Part shown: positions 1 to 12,535 of the stretch, piece by piece
Numbering within the stretch: position 1 is the stretch's first letter
How the letters are laid out: every line of letters starts with the position of its first letter
Source: Candidatus Latescibacterota bacterium
GTDB taxonomy: Bacteria > Latescibacterota > UBA2968 > UBA8231
Length of the DNA: 64,000 bases
Reading direction: 5' to 3'
Assembly: GCA_965223905.1 (NCBI GenBank)
Contig: CBDCXV010000002.1
Coordinates: 320,001-384,000, forward strand
Notes under the pieces: model-generated
Database searches by the model: none
The model's input: the letters and a program-made list of their open reading frames with translations, nothing else
What the model was told of the DNA's origin: nothing
Made by a program: the position numbers and the translations under genes

Positions 1-1
1 G

Positions 2-664
2 CTGGTTACCATCGCCCTCGCCTCCCGCTGGCAGGAGCTGACGGCGACCTCGTACCTGCTCGAGCAGGTGCAGTCGATCCTCATCATCCTGCTGGTCATC
101 GTATTTCAGCCGGAGCTGCGCCGCATGCTGCTCGTTCTCGGTCAGAGCCCACTGCTGAGGTGGTTCTACAAAACGGAGCCGTCTCGCGTGATCGACGAAA
201 TCGCCAGCGGCGCCGAGCAGCTTGCTTCGAACGGATACGGAGCCCTGATCGTCATCGGCAGGGAGGCGGGCTTGCAATCGGTGATCGAATCAGGGGTGCC
301 GCTGGACGCGAAGGTGTCGGCCGACCTGCTGACCACGATTTTCACTCCCCGCTCACCCCTCCACGACCAGGCCGTGGTGGTGCTGGGAGAAACGCTGGTA
401 GCTGCCCGCTGTACTCTTCCGCTCGCAGACAAAGTGGCGGACCAGAGGCTGGGGACCCGGCACCGGGCCGCCCTCGGCCTTTCCCAGGAGACGGATGCGA
501 TCACCGTGGTCGTCTCCGAGGAATCCCGGGCCATCTCGCTGACCGCCGGAGGTGGCTTGTACCGGGGCCTGGACGCGAGAGAGCTCAGGCGCCGTCTGAC
601 CGAGCTGATGTCCACCCGGGGACAATCCTCCGTCCAGCCGGACGAGTTGGCGATCGAGCCCTGA
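2..664 (+). CDS. cdaA: Diadenylate cyclase CdaA/DacA (DisA_N domain), 5'-truncated by window edge
   Basis: Frame open from base 2. TM segment then VFQPELRR, GALIVI, IFTPRSPLHDQAV (DGA-like) and LGTRHRAALG motifs. Confidence 0.92.
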   Translation: MVTIALASRWQELTATSYLLEQVQSILIILLVIVFQPELRRMLLVLGQSPLLRWFYKTEPSRVIDEIASGAEQLASNGYGALIVIGREAGLQSVIESGVPLDAKVSADLLTTIFTPRSPLHDQAVVVLGETLVAARCTLPLADKVADQRLGTRHRAALGLSQETDAITVVVSEESRAISLTAGGGLYRGLDARELRRRLTELMSTRGQSSVQPDELAIEP

Positions 665-700
665 TCACCCCCTGGCCGTTCCGGTTCCCGCAGCCCCGGA

Positions 701-733
701 TTGACAGCCTCCGGGGCCGGAATAGGTTATAAT
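701..733 (+). promoter_or_regulatory. Sigma70-type promoter of the arg operon
   Basis: TTGACA at 701-706. TAGGTT at 723-728 (16-bp spacer) and TATAAT at 728-733, in an AT-rich patch upstream of argR. Confidence 0.7.
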
Positions 734-764
734 CTTTATTCATCGTTTTGAATAATTATTGACC
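727..764 (+). promoter_or_regulatory. Tandem ARG boxes (ArgR operator)
   Basis: Cores ATAAT-CTTT-ATTCA (729-742) and TGAAT-AATT-ATTGA (749-762) match TGAAT-N4-ATTCA. They are offset by 20 bp, overlap the -10 element and lie directly upstream of argR. Confidence 0.8.
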
Positions 765-807
765 GAAGCTTGAGCGGTCACGGACGCTTGGACACGCTTC
801 AAGGACC

Positions 808-1293
808 ATGAAGGCCAAGGAACTGCGGCAAGCCAGGATCAGGGAACTGCTGGAGCGGGACCAGATCGATACGCACGAAAAAATGGCTCGCGCCCTTGCC
901 GGGATGTCGATCGAGGTGAGCCAGTCGACCCTGTCGAAGGACCTGCGCGAGTTGGGGGTAGTTCGCGTGCCCCGGCCCGAGGGCGGGTTCCGCTACGCCT
1001 TGCCGGAGACAGGCGTCACGCTTCGCGATCCCCGGATCCTCGAAAGGGAGCTGGGCGACTACCTGCTCGGGGTGGACCGGGCCGAAAACATGGTCGTCAT
1101 CAAGACCGTATCCGGGCACGCTCAGTCTGTTTGCGAAGCGATCGATCGCATGGGTTGGGAGGAAATAATGGGCACCCTGGCGGGAGAGAACACGATCTTC
1201 GCCCTGGCGCGCACGGCCGAGGATGGTTGCCGGATCGCCAGCCGGCTGGAGCCCACCGGACCGGCCGCGGAAAGCCGCGGGGATGAGCGGTGA
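808..1293 (+). CDS. argR: Arginine repressor
   Basis: wHTH SQSTLSKDLRELG; C-terminal MVVIKTVSGHAQ...GTLAGENTIF; heads the arg genes. Confidence 0.93.
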   Translation: MKAKELRQARIRELLERDQIDTHEKMARALAGMSIEVSQSTLSKDLRELGVVRVPRPEGGFRYALPETGVTLRDPRILERELGDYLLGVDRAENMVVIKTVSGHAQSVCEAIDRMGWEEIMGTLAGENTIFALARTAEDGCRIASRLEPTGPAAESRGDER

Positions 1294-2174
1294 CAAGCCT
1301 GCAGACCTATATCGACAAGGCGGCCATTCTCGTCGAGGCCCTGCCCTACATCCAGGAGTTTCGCGGCAAGACCGTGGTGATCAAGTACGGGGGAAGCATC
1401 GGTACCGGCGCGCCGGGGGAGGACACGATCCTCAAGGATATCGTGTTCATGGAGCACGTCGGCATCAACCCGGTGATCGTGCACGGAGGAGGCCCGGCGA
1501 TAGACCGGCGGCTCAGGGAGCTGAATATCGAGACGCGCCGCGTCAACGGATTGAGGATCACCGATGCCGAGACGATGAAGGTCGTGGAGGAGACCCTGTT
1601 CGGCGTGGTCAACGCCGCCATCGTCGAGCAGCTCGAACGCCTCGGGGGACGGGCTGCCGGCGTTTCCGCCAAGGAGGCCGGCATCATGCACGTCACCAGG
1701 CACACCCCCCGGGACGGAAACGGATCCCCGCTCGACATCGGCTACGTGGGCGAGGTCGAGCGCATGGATCCAGCCCCGATCGAGGAGTTGATCGCCGATG
1801 GCATGATCCCGGTAGTGGCGCCGATCGGCAGGGGCGCGGAAGGGGAATCGTACAACGTCAACGCCGATACCGCAGCCGGGGAGATCGCCGCGGCGCTACG
1901 GGCGGAGAAGCTGGTGTTTCTCACCGACGTCATGGGGATCATGCGCAACCCGGCCGACGATTCCACCCTGATGTCGACGGTGCGCGTAGACGAGGTCGAG
2001 GCGCTGATTTCCTCCGGGGTCATCGCCGGGGGCATGATCCCCAAGGTGCGGGCATGCGTTCACTCGGTGGCCGCAGGGGTGCGCAAGACCCACGTCGTGG
2101 AGGGGCGCACTCCGCACTCGATGCTGCTCGAGTTTTTCACCAACGAAGGAATAGGCACCCAGATCCTGCAGTAG
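1290..2174 (+). CDS. argB: Acetylglutamate kinase
   Basis: EALPYIQEFRGKTVVIKYGG, VHGGGP, GLRITD, NVNADTAAG, GGMIPKV. Confidence 0.96.
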   Translation: MTSLQTYIDKAAILVEALPYIQEFRGKTVVIKYGGSIGTGAPGEDTILKDIVFMEHVGINPVIVHGGGPAIDRRLRELNIETRRVNGLRITDAETMKVVEETLFGVVNAAIVEQLERLGGRAAGVSAKEAGIMHVTRHTPRDGNGSPLDIGYVGEVERMDPAPIEELIADGMIPVVAPIGRGAEGESYNVNADTAAGEIAAALRAEKLVFLTDVMGIMRNPADDSTLMSTVRVDEVEALISSGVIAGGMIPKVRACVHSVAAGVRKTHVVEGRTPHSMLLEFFTNEGIGTQILQ

Positions 2175-2207
2175 GAAAATCAACCGCAATCACCGGGAGC
2201 AGACGAC

Positions 2208-3404
2208 ATGAGGACCGACAAGGTAGTAGAGGGAGAAAAACAGTACATCCTGCAAACCTACGGGCGGCCCGACTTCGTCCTCGAAAGAGGCAACGGTGTT
2301 TACCTGTTCGACCTCGACGGCAACCGCTACCTCGATTTTGTCAGCGGTCTGGCCGTCAACGCGCTCGGCTACGGCGACTACGACGTGCTGAAAGCGATCG
2401 ATGAGCAGGCGGCCCTGCTGATCCACTGCTCCAACCTGTATCACACCGTCCCTTCGACGGGGCTCGCGAAGATCCTGGTCGAAAGCTCGTTCGCGGACCG
2501 CGCCTTTTTCTGCAACAGCGGAACCGAGGCCTGGGAAGCGTCGCTGAAGTTCTGCCGCAAGTGGGGGAACACCCGGCCCGAAAAGCCGCGAAACAGGTTG
2601 ATCGCCTTCAACAATTCCTTCCACGGCCGCACCTACGGCTCGGTTTCGACGACGGGACAACCGAAGTACCACAAGGGGTTCGAGCCGATGCTTCCCGGCA
2701 TCGATTTCGCGGATTTCAACGACCTTTCGTCGGTCGAGAAGCTGGCCACCGACGAGACCGCCGCGGTCCTCGTGGAGCCGCTGCAGGCGGAGGGTGGAAT
2801 CCACGTGGCCTCGAACGAGTTCCTGAGCGGCCTGCGACAGCTGTGCGACGAGCGCGGGATGCTCCTCGTGTTCGACGAGATCCAGGTCGGAATGGGCCGC
2901 ACCGGGTCGCTGTGGGCATACCAGCAGTACGGGGTGGAGCCCGATATCATGACCCTTGCCAAGGCGCTCGGGGGCGGCCTGCCGATCGGCGTCTCGCTGC
3001 TGCGGCAGAAGGTCGCCGACGCCATCGAAGCGGGTGACCACGCCGCGACCTTCGGGGCCAACCCGGTCGCCTGCGCCGCGGCGCTGAAGGTCATGGAGAA
3101 GATGCTGGCCGAGGGGTTCCTGGAAGGGGTGCGGGAGAAGGGGGAGCACCTGCGAACCGGCCTGGAGAAGCTGCACCAGCGCTGGCCGGACCGGATCGGC
3201 GAAGTCAGGGGACGGGGGCTGATCCAGGGAGCGTTGGTCACCGCGAAGCCGGCAGCCGACTACCTTGCCGCCTTCCGGGAACGCAACATCCTCGTCGCTC
3301 CCTGCGGCACCGATATCGTACGCTTCCTGCCTCCCCTGGTCATCGACAAGGAGCAGATCGACGAGGCCGTCGACGTTTTCGACGAGGTCCTGAGGCAGGA
3401 ATAG
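2208..3404 (+). CDS. argD: Acetylornithine aminotransferase (class III PLP)
   Basis: [44 protein letters not shown]; arg operon context. Confidence 0.93.
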   Translation: MRTDKVVEGEKQYILQTYGRPDFVLERGNGVYLFDLDGNRYLDFVSGLAVNALGYGDYDVLKAIDEQAALLIHCSNLYHTVPSTGLAKILVESSFADRAFFCNSGTEAWEASLKFCRKWGNTRPEKPRNRLIAFNNSFHGRTYGSVSTTGQPKYHKGFEPMLPGIDFADFNDLSSVEKLATDETAAVLVEPLQAEGGIHVASNEFLSGLRQLCDERGMLLVFDEIQVGMGRTGSLWAYQQYGVEPDIMTLAKALGGGLPIGVSLLRQKVADAIEAGDHAATFGANPVACAAALKVMEKMLAEGFLEGVREKGEHLRTGLEKLHQRWPDRIGEVRGRGLIQGALVTAKPAADYLAAFRERNILVAPCGTDIVRFLPPLVIDKEQIDEAVDVFDEVLRQE

Positions 3405-3416
3405 AGCCAGTTCCCC

Positions 3417-4815
<1,399 letters not shown>

Positions 4816-4822
4816 GCGCGGC

Positions 4823-6208
4823 ATGCCGAACCGTCGCGATGTCCGCGTAACCGCGGCCTCCCTGTATTTCCTGCCGGTGGAGACGCGGGTGCCGCTGAAG
4901 TTCGGCCCCGAGACCCTGACTCACGTCACCTGCGCGCGGGCCGCGGTCGAGGTGGCGGGCGCCACCGGGGAGACCGCCGTCGGCTGGGGCGAGACGCCGC
5001 TGAGCGTGCAGTGGGTGTGGCCGAGCGACCGCCTGGGCTACGAAGAGCGCCACCAGTCCCTGAAAAGCTTCTGCATCGATCTGGCCGCGGAGTGGTCGGG
5101 GTGCGAGGCCTCGGGCCACCCCCTGGAAATCGGTCACCGCTTTCAGGAGGAGCGCCTGGAAAAGGCGCTGGCAGGGCACAACCGCGGGCGCGACGAGCCC
5201 CTGCCGTATCTCGCGGCGCTGGTATGCTGCTCACCCTTCGACATCGCCCTTCACGACGCCTACGGCAGGCTGCACGGCCTGCCGGCCTACGAGACTTACG
5301 GCGGCGCGTTCATGACTTCCGATCTCGCCGATTTCCTCGAGCCGGCCGCGGCCGGCGTCGACTTTGCCGGCACTCACCCGGCGGACTACCTGCGGCCGCG
5401 GCAGAACCGCCTGCCGGCATGGCATCTCGTCGGCGGGCTCGATCCGCTGGACAGGCCGGAGCTCACCGGCGACGAGCCGGAGGACGGCTACCCGGTGCTG
5501 CTCCGGGACTGGATTCGCACCGACGGGCTGACCTGCCTGAAGGTCAAGCTGCGCGGCAACGACGAAGCCTGGGATTACGAGCGCCTGCGCAGGGTCGGGG
5601 AGATCGCAATCGATTGCGGGGCGAGCTGGCTCTCGGCCGACTTCAACTGCACGGTCACCGATCCCGAATACGTCAACGGGATCCTCGACAGGCTGATGAT
5701 GGACCGCCCGCGCATCTACGGCATGGTCCTCTACGTCGAGCAGCCGTTTCCCTACGACCTCGAAGAGCACGCCATCGACGTGCACGGCGTCGCCTCCCGC
5801 AAGCCGCTGTTCATGGATGAAAGCGCTCACGACTGGCGCCTCGTCCGCCGCGGCAGGAGGCTGGGATGGACGGGAGTTGCACTGAAGACATGCAAGACGC
5901 AGACCGGGGCATTGCTCAGTCTGTGCTGGGCACGGGCCCACGGAATGACCCTGATGGTCCAGGATCTCACCAACCCGATGCTCGCCCAGATTTCCCACGT
6001 CCTGCTGGCGGCTCACGCGGGGACCATCATGGGGGTCGAGACCAACAGCATGCAGTTCTACCCGGCCGCCTCGGACCCGGAGGCCGCGGTGCATCCCGGC
6101 GTCTACCGGCGGCGCGGCGGCGAGATCGACCTGACCTCGGTCCGCGGCCCCGGATTCGGGTACGGCCTCGACCGCATTCGCCGGGATCTGCCCCCACCCT
6201 CCGCGTAG
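4823..6208 (+). CDS. Enolase-superfamily (mandelate racemase/MLE-like) protein, uncharacterised subgroup
   Basis: LKVKL, SADFN, VEQP, MDES, LKTCK, C-terminal GPGFG. Confidence 0.8.
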   Translation: MPNRRDVRVTAASLYFLPVETRVPLKFGPETLTHVTCARAAVEVAGATGETAVGWGETPLSVQWVWPSDRLGYEERHQSLKSFCIDLAAEWSGCEASGHPLEIGHRFQEERLEKALAGHNRGRDEPLPYLAALVCCSPFDIALHDAYGRLHGLPAYETYGGAFMTSDLADFLEPAAAGVDFAGTHPADYLRPRQNRLPAWHLVGGLDPLDRPELTGDEPEDGYPVLLRDWIRTDGLTCLKVKLRGNDEAWDYERLRRVGEIAIDCGASWLSADFNCTVTDPEYVNGILDRLMMDRPRIYGMVLYVEQPFPYDLEEHAIDVHGVASRKPLFMDESAHDWRLVRRGRRLGWTGVALKTCKTQTGALLSLCWARAHGMTLMVQDLTNPMLAQISHVLLAAHAGTIMGVETNSMQFYPAASDPEAAVHPGVYRRRGGEIDLTSVRGPGFGYGLDRIRRDLPPPSA

Positions 6209-6221
6209 AGGAAGCGCTTCC

Positions 6222-7664
6222 ATGGCCGAGGCGATCGCTCTCAAGGAGACGCGCTTCTACATGCGCAACGTGCGCACCCGCATGCCGTTCAAGTACGGCG
6301 CGGCGACTCTCGTCTCGGTGCCGATCCTGCACGTCGGCGTCATCGCCGAGCTTGGCGACAGCACCCCGGCGCGCGGCTGGGCGGCCGACATCCTGCCGCC
6401 CAAGTGGTTCGACAAGGATCCGGCCAAGGAGTACGAGGAGAACGTCGGCGACCTGATCGCCATGGCGCGCGCCGGGGGCGAGGCGTACGGCGAAGCCAGC
6501 CTTCGCCCCGGCTCTCTGTTCGCCGTCTGGCGCGACGGCTACGAGGCGACCCTGGAGGCGGGGTGCAGGGCCGGCCTCAACCCGCTTACCGCCGGGCATG
6601 GCAGCAGCCTGTTCGAACGAGCCCTGATCGACGCCATCGGAACGGCGCGCGGCCTTCCGTACCACCAGCTCCTGCGGAGGGATGCCCTCGGGATCGAGTT
6701 GTCCGCCCTGCACGAGGAGCTGCAGGGGGTCTCCGTTTCCCAGGCGGTCCCCGCCCGGCCGCTGGCCTCCGCGGGGGTTCGCCATACCGTCGGCATGGCC
6801 GATCCGATTCGCAGCAACGAGATCCCCGCGGGGGAGCGCCTCGACGACGGGCTTCCGCAAGCCCTGGAGGAGTACATCGAACAGGGGATCCGCTACCTGA
6901 AGATCAAGCTCGGCGGCGTCCTCGAAAGCGACCTCGAACGCCTGCGCCAGATCGCCGAAACGCTCGCCGGAGACCGGGAATTCTCCGTGTCGCTGGATGG
7001 CAACGAGCAGTACGAACATCCGGATGAGCTGCTCGAGCTGTTGCGGGCAATGCACGGCGACAGCCGGCTGCGTGGGCTGTACGAGTCGGTCATCTACATC
7101 GAGCAACCCCTCGACCGCAGCCGGGCCCTGGATGGGGAGTTTGCAGAGGGTATCCGCGCACTTGCCGGACTCAGACCGGTCGTCATCGACGAATCCGACG
7201 ATGCAATTGACTCCTTTGTGCGCGCAGCCGGGATCGGGTACAACGGCGTCTCGGCAAAGAACTGCAAGGGCCTTATCAAGGCGATCGCCAACCGCGCCCT
7301 GACCCTCAAGCTCGGCGCGGACTCCGGCGCCCCCTTCATGATGACCGCAGAAGACCTGATGAATCTTCCGGTGGTGCCGCTGCAGCAGGACCTGGCGCAG
7401 GTCGCAGCGCTCGGTATCGACCATGTCGAGCGCAACGGCCATCACTACGTACGCGGTCTCGACCACCTCAGCGAGGCGGAGAGGACAGACTGCGAGCGGG
7501 TTCACGCGGGACTGTATCGGCGGGAGGGGGGGATGACGAGGCTCGACATCCGCGGCGGCCGCATCGATCTGCGCTCGCTCCAGGTCCCCGGGCTCGGCGT
7601 CGGCGTGAGGGTGGACTGCGAGTCGATGGTGCCGCTGGATCAGTGGCGCTTCGACTCGCTGTAG
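6222..7664 (+). CDS. Second enolase-superfamily protein, paralog of the upstream gene
   Basis: RMPFKYG N-terminus, LKIKL, LDGNE, IEQP, IDES, AKNCK, C-terminal VPGLG. Confidence 0.8.
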   Translation: MAEAIALKETRFYMRNVRTRMPFKYGAATLVSVPILHVGVIAELGDSTPARGWAADILPPKWFDKDPAKEYEENVGDLIAMARAGGEAYGEASLRPGSLFAVWRDGYEATLEAGCRAGLNPLTAGHGSSLFERALIDAIGTARGLPYHQLLRRDALGIELSALHEELQGVSVSQAVPARPLASAGVRHTVGMADPIRSNEIPAGERLDDGLPQALEEYIEQGIRYLKIKLGGVLESDLERLRQIAETLAGDREFSVSLDGNEQYEHPDELLELLRAMHGDSRLRGLYESVIYIEQPLDRSRALDGEFAEGIRALAGLRPVVIDESDDAIDSFVRAAGIGYNGVSAKNCKGLIKAIANRALTLKLGADSGAPFMMTAEDLMNLPVVPLQQDLAQVAALGIDHVERNGHHYVRGLDHLSEAERTDCERVHAGLYRREGGMTRLDIRGGRIDLRSLQVPGLGVGVRVDCESMVPLDQWRFDSL

Positions 7665-7753
7665 CGCCCGGCGCAACTCCCTGAACGGGGCCGTCGCTTC
7701 CCGCACGCCCCGTCTTCCCGAACTGAAGCACAGCGACGGGGAAACCGCAGTGG

Positions 7754-9994
<2,241 letters not shown>

Positions 9995-10068
9995 CTATAT
10001 TCTACGCTGCTCCGCTCGACAGATTCCAAGCTCGCCTCCGCAACAAACCAAATATCGGACGTAGATCC

Positions 10069-10926
10069 GTGCAGAGCCTCTCCGCCTATTTCGAGCTCAC
10101 CAAACCGCGCATAACGATTCTCGTCCTGGTGACGACCGCCCTCGGGTTCTTTCTCGGAGGCCGCGGCATTCACTCGGCCCCGCTGCTGGTCGCGACCCTT
10201 CTCGGCACGGCGCTGACCGCGGGAGGCTCGGCGGCCCTCAACCACTACTTCGAACGCGAGATCGACCGCTCGATGAGGCGCACGCGGTCGCGCCCGCTTC
10301 CACTGGGGGTGATCACACCCGCGGCGGCCGTGTCGTACGGGCTTTGCCTGATTCTCGCAGGGCTCGTCCTCCTGATCAACACCGTCAACCTGATCACCGC
10401 CTTCCTGGCGCTGCTGACCGCCTTCCTCTACGTCGTGATCTACACGCCGATGAAACGGCTGACCTGGCTGAACACCTCCCTGGGATCGATCCCCGGGGCC
10501 CTGCCTCCGGTCGGTGGATGGACCGCGGCGGCAGGTGAGCTCGAGCTCGGGGCCTGGGCGCTGTTCGCCATTCTGTTCGCCTGGCAGCATCCGCATTTCT
10601 ACGCCATCGCCTGGATCTTCAGGGAGGACTACGCCCGCGCCGGCTTCAAGATGCTGCCCGTCCTCGAAAAGGACGGCAGGCGGACCTGCCGTCATATCGT
10701 CGGCTTCTCCATCCTGCTGCTCTTCGCCTCCACGGTCCCGGTGCTTCTCGGGCTTTCGGGATCGCTCTATCTCGCCGGCGCCCTCATCCTCGGGCTCGGC
10801 ATGCTGGCGTCGGCGGTGGCCCTGAACGTCACTCGTTCCACCATCGAAGCGCGGCGTCTGCTGCGGGCATCCGTCCTCTATCTGCCTCTCCTGCTGTTGC
10901 TGACCGTCGTCGACGTCAGCTTCTGA
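10069..10926 (+). CDS. cyoE: Protoheme IX farnesyltransferase (heme O synthase)
   Basis: YFELTKPRI, NHYFEREIDRSMRRTRSRPLP, YTPMKR, WQHPHF, EDYARAG. Confidence 0.95.
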   Translation: MQSLSAYFELTKPRITILVLVTTALGFFLGGRGIHSAPLLVATLLGTALTAGGSAALNHYFEREIDRSMRRTRSRPLPLGVITPAAAVSYGLCLILAGLVLLINTVNLITAFLALLTAFLYVVIYTPMKRLTWLNTSLGSIPGALPPVGGWTAAAGELELGAWALFAILFAWQHPHFYAIAWIFREDYARAGFKMLPVLEKDGRRTCRHIVGFSILLLFASTVPVLLGLSGSLYLAGALILGLGMLASAVALNVTRSTIEARRLLRASVLYLPLLLLLTVVDVSF

Positions 10927-11587
10927 GCCTTCCCTCGGGCCCCGTCGGCTGCGTTCGCCGCAGGAACCGAGCGGCCGCGGCCAGGTCTTCCGGCGTGTTG
11001 ACGTTGGCGAAGGCCATGCCGTGAGGGTCGAGGTGGCCGTACTCCCCGGGCCGCAGCAGACGCAACCGCAGGCCGCGGATGAACGCGGTAACCCCTAAGT
11101 CTTCCCCAGCCAGGGCCTGCCGCAGGCGCGGGCGGCAGGTATCGCGGTACACAGCGCACAGAGGCTGGAGGCCGTTGCCGTCCTCGGGGACCGCGGCGTC
11201 GCAATCGGCATCGGACTGCTCGAGGAGGAACTCCAGCAGCGGGGTGGTGAGGAAAGGGAGGTCGCAGGCGAGTGCGAGAACCCGCTGCGGCGTGTCGATC
11301 TCGAATGCGGTGAGCAGACCCCCGAGGGGGCCGCGGTCAGGAAAGAGGTCGCCGGCGACCTCCAGGCCGGGTCCGGCCGAGGCCGCGGTGCGCAGCTGCG
11401 GCGACGGGGCGGTTCCCGCGACGACGCGGACCGGCAGGCCGAGAGGCCGCGCCGCGGTCAGGACCCGTTCGAGCAGGGTGGTGGCGCCGAGCCGCAGCAG
11501 GGCCTTTTCGCCGCCTCCCATTCTGCGGCTGCGCCCTCCGGCAAGGACGGCCACGACCGCGGGAGCGGCATGACGCTCCTCACCCAC
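10916..11587 (-). CDS. mobA: Molybdenum cofactor guanylyltransferase
   Basis: LAGGRSRRMG...KALL, GPLGGL, ACDLPF, QPLCAVY, NVNTPED. Confidence 0.9.
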   Translation of the reverse strand: MGEERHAAPAVVAVLAGGRSRRMGGGEKALLRLGATTLLERVLTAARPLGLPVRVVAGTAPSPQLRTAASAGPGLEVAGDLFPDRGPLGGLLTAFEIDTPQRVLALACDLPFLTTPLLEFLLEQSDADCDAAVPEDGNGLQPLCAVYRDTCRPRLRQALAGEDLGVTAFIRGLRLRLLRPGEYGHLDPHGMAFANVNTPEDLAAAARFLRRTQPTGPEGRLRS

Positions 11588-12359
11588 CTCGGTCCGGGCT
11601 CGAGGATCGCTGGTTGATGAGGGCCGCAGCGTACCCGGCGCCGTAGCCGTTGTCTATGTTGACGACGAGGATCCCGGAGGCACAGGAGTTGAGCATCGCC
11701 AGCAGGGCGGCGAGTCCCTGGAAACTGGCGCCGTATCCGATGCTCGTCGGCACCGCGATCACGGGTGTTTCCACCAGCCCGCCGACGACGCTGGCCAGGG
11801 CCCCTTCCATTCCGGCGACAACGACGACCACCTCGGCCTCGCGCAGGCGCCCGGCGTGGGTGAGAAGCCTGTGGATGCCGGCGACGCCGACGTCGAAAAT
11901 CGTCTCGACGCGCGCACCCATGACCGAGGCGGTCACCGCGGCTTCCCGGGCTACCGGTATGTCCGAGGTCCCGGCCGACACCACCAGGACGAGCCCCTTT
12001 TCCGGCAGCGGTTCGACCCCGGACGGGCGGACCACCACGGTGCGAGCCGAAGCGTCGACCTCGGCGTCTTCGAAGCGATCGGACATTGCCCGCGAAAGAT
12101 CGCCGTGGACTCGCGTCGCCAGGACTACCGACTGCTTCGCCAGGATACGGGCGGTTATTTCCACAACCTGGTCAACGGTCTTTCCCTCGCAGAAGATCGT
12201 TTCCGGAAAGCCCCGGCGAAGAGCCCGGTGGTGATCGACGTGGGCGAACCCGCCGACCTCCTCGAATGGAAGGTCCTTCAGCCGCGACAGCGCTTCCGCG
12301 GGGCTTACACGTCCTGCGGCGACCTCGTCGAGAAGCTGGCGGAGCAGGTCGGCGTTCAT
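11580..12359 (-). CDS. larB: Nickel pincer cofactor biosynthesis protein LarB (PurE-like)
   Basis: DHHRALRRGFPETIFCEGKT, AGTSDIPVA, DVGVAGIHRL, AGMEGAL, PTSIGYG, NIDNGYGA. Confidence 0.95.
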   Translation of the reverse strand: MNADLLRQLLDEVAAGRVSPAEALSRLKDLPFEEVGGFAHVDHHRALRRGFPETIFCEGKTVDQVVEITARILAKQSVVLATRVHGDLSRAMSDRFEDAEVDASARTVVVRPSGVEPLPEKGLVLVVSAGTSDIPVAREAAVTASVMGARVETIFDVGVAGIHRLLTHAGRLREAEVVVVVAGMEGALASVVGGLVETPVIAVPTSIGYGASFQGLAALLAMLNSCASGILVVNIDNGYGAGYAAALINQRSSSPDRGG

Positions 12360-12535
12360 AGCCCTTCAGGAGGAGGGGAGAACGCGGCCGCGCGCATTCG
12401 CCAGGGGCACCCGGGGAAAAGAAGGGGAGGAGCAAGGCATTTGGGCATTTCCGGCATTCTTCGCCTTCGCTGGAGAAACCTTCAGAAGGGGTGTTTTAGG
12501 CCGTGGTGCCGCGGTTTCATTGCTGTGCCCAGCGG

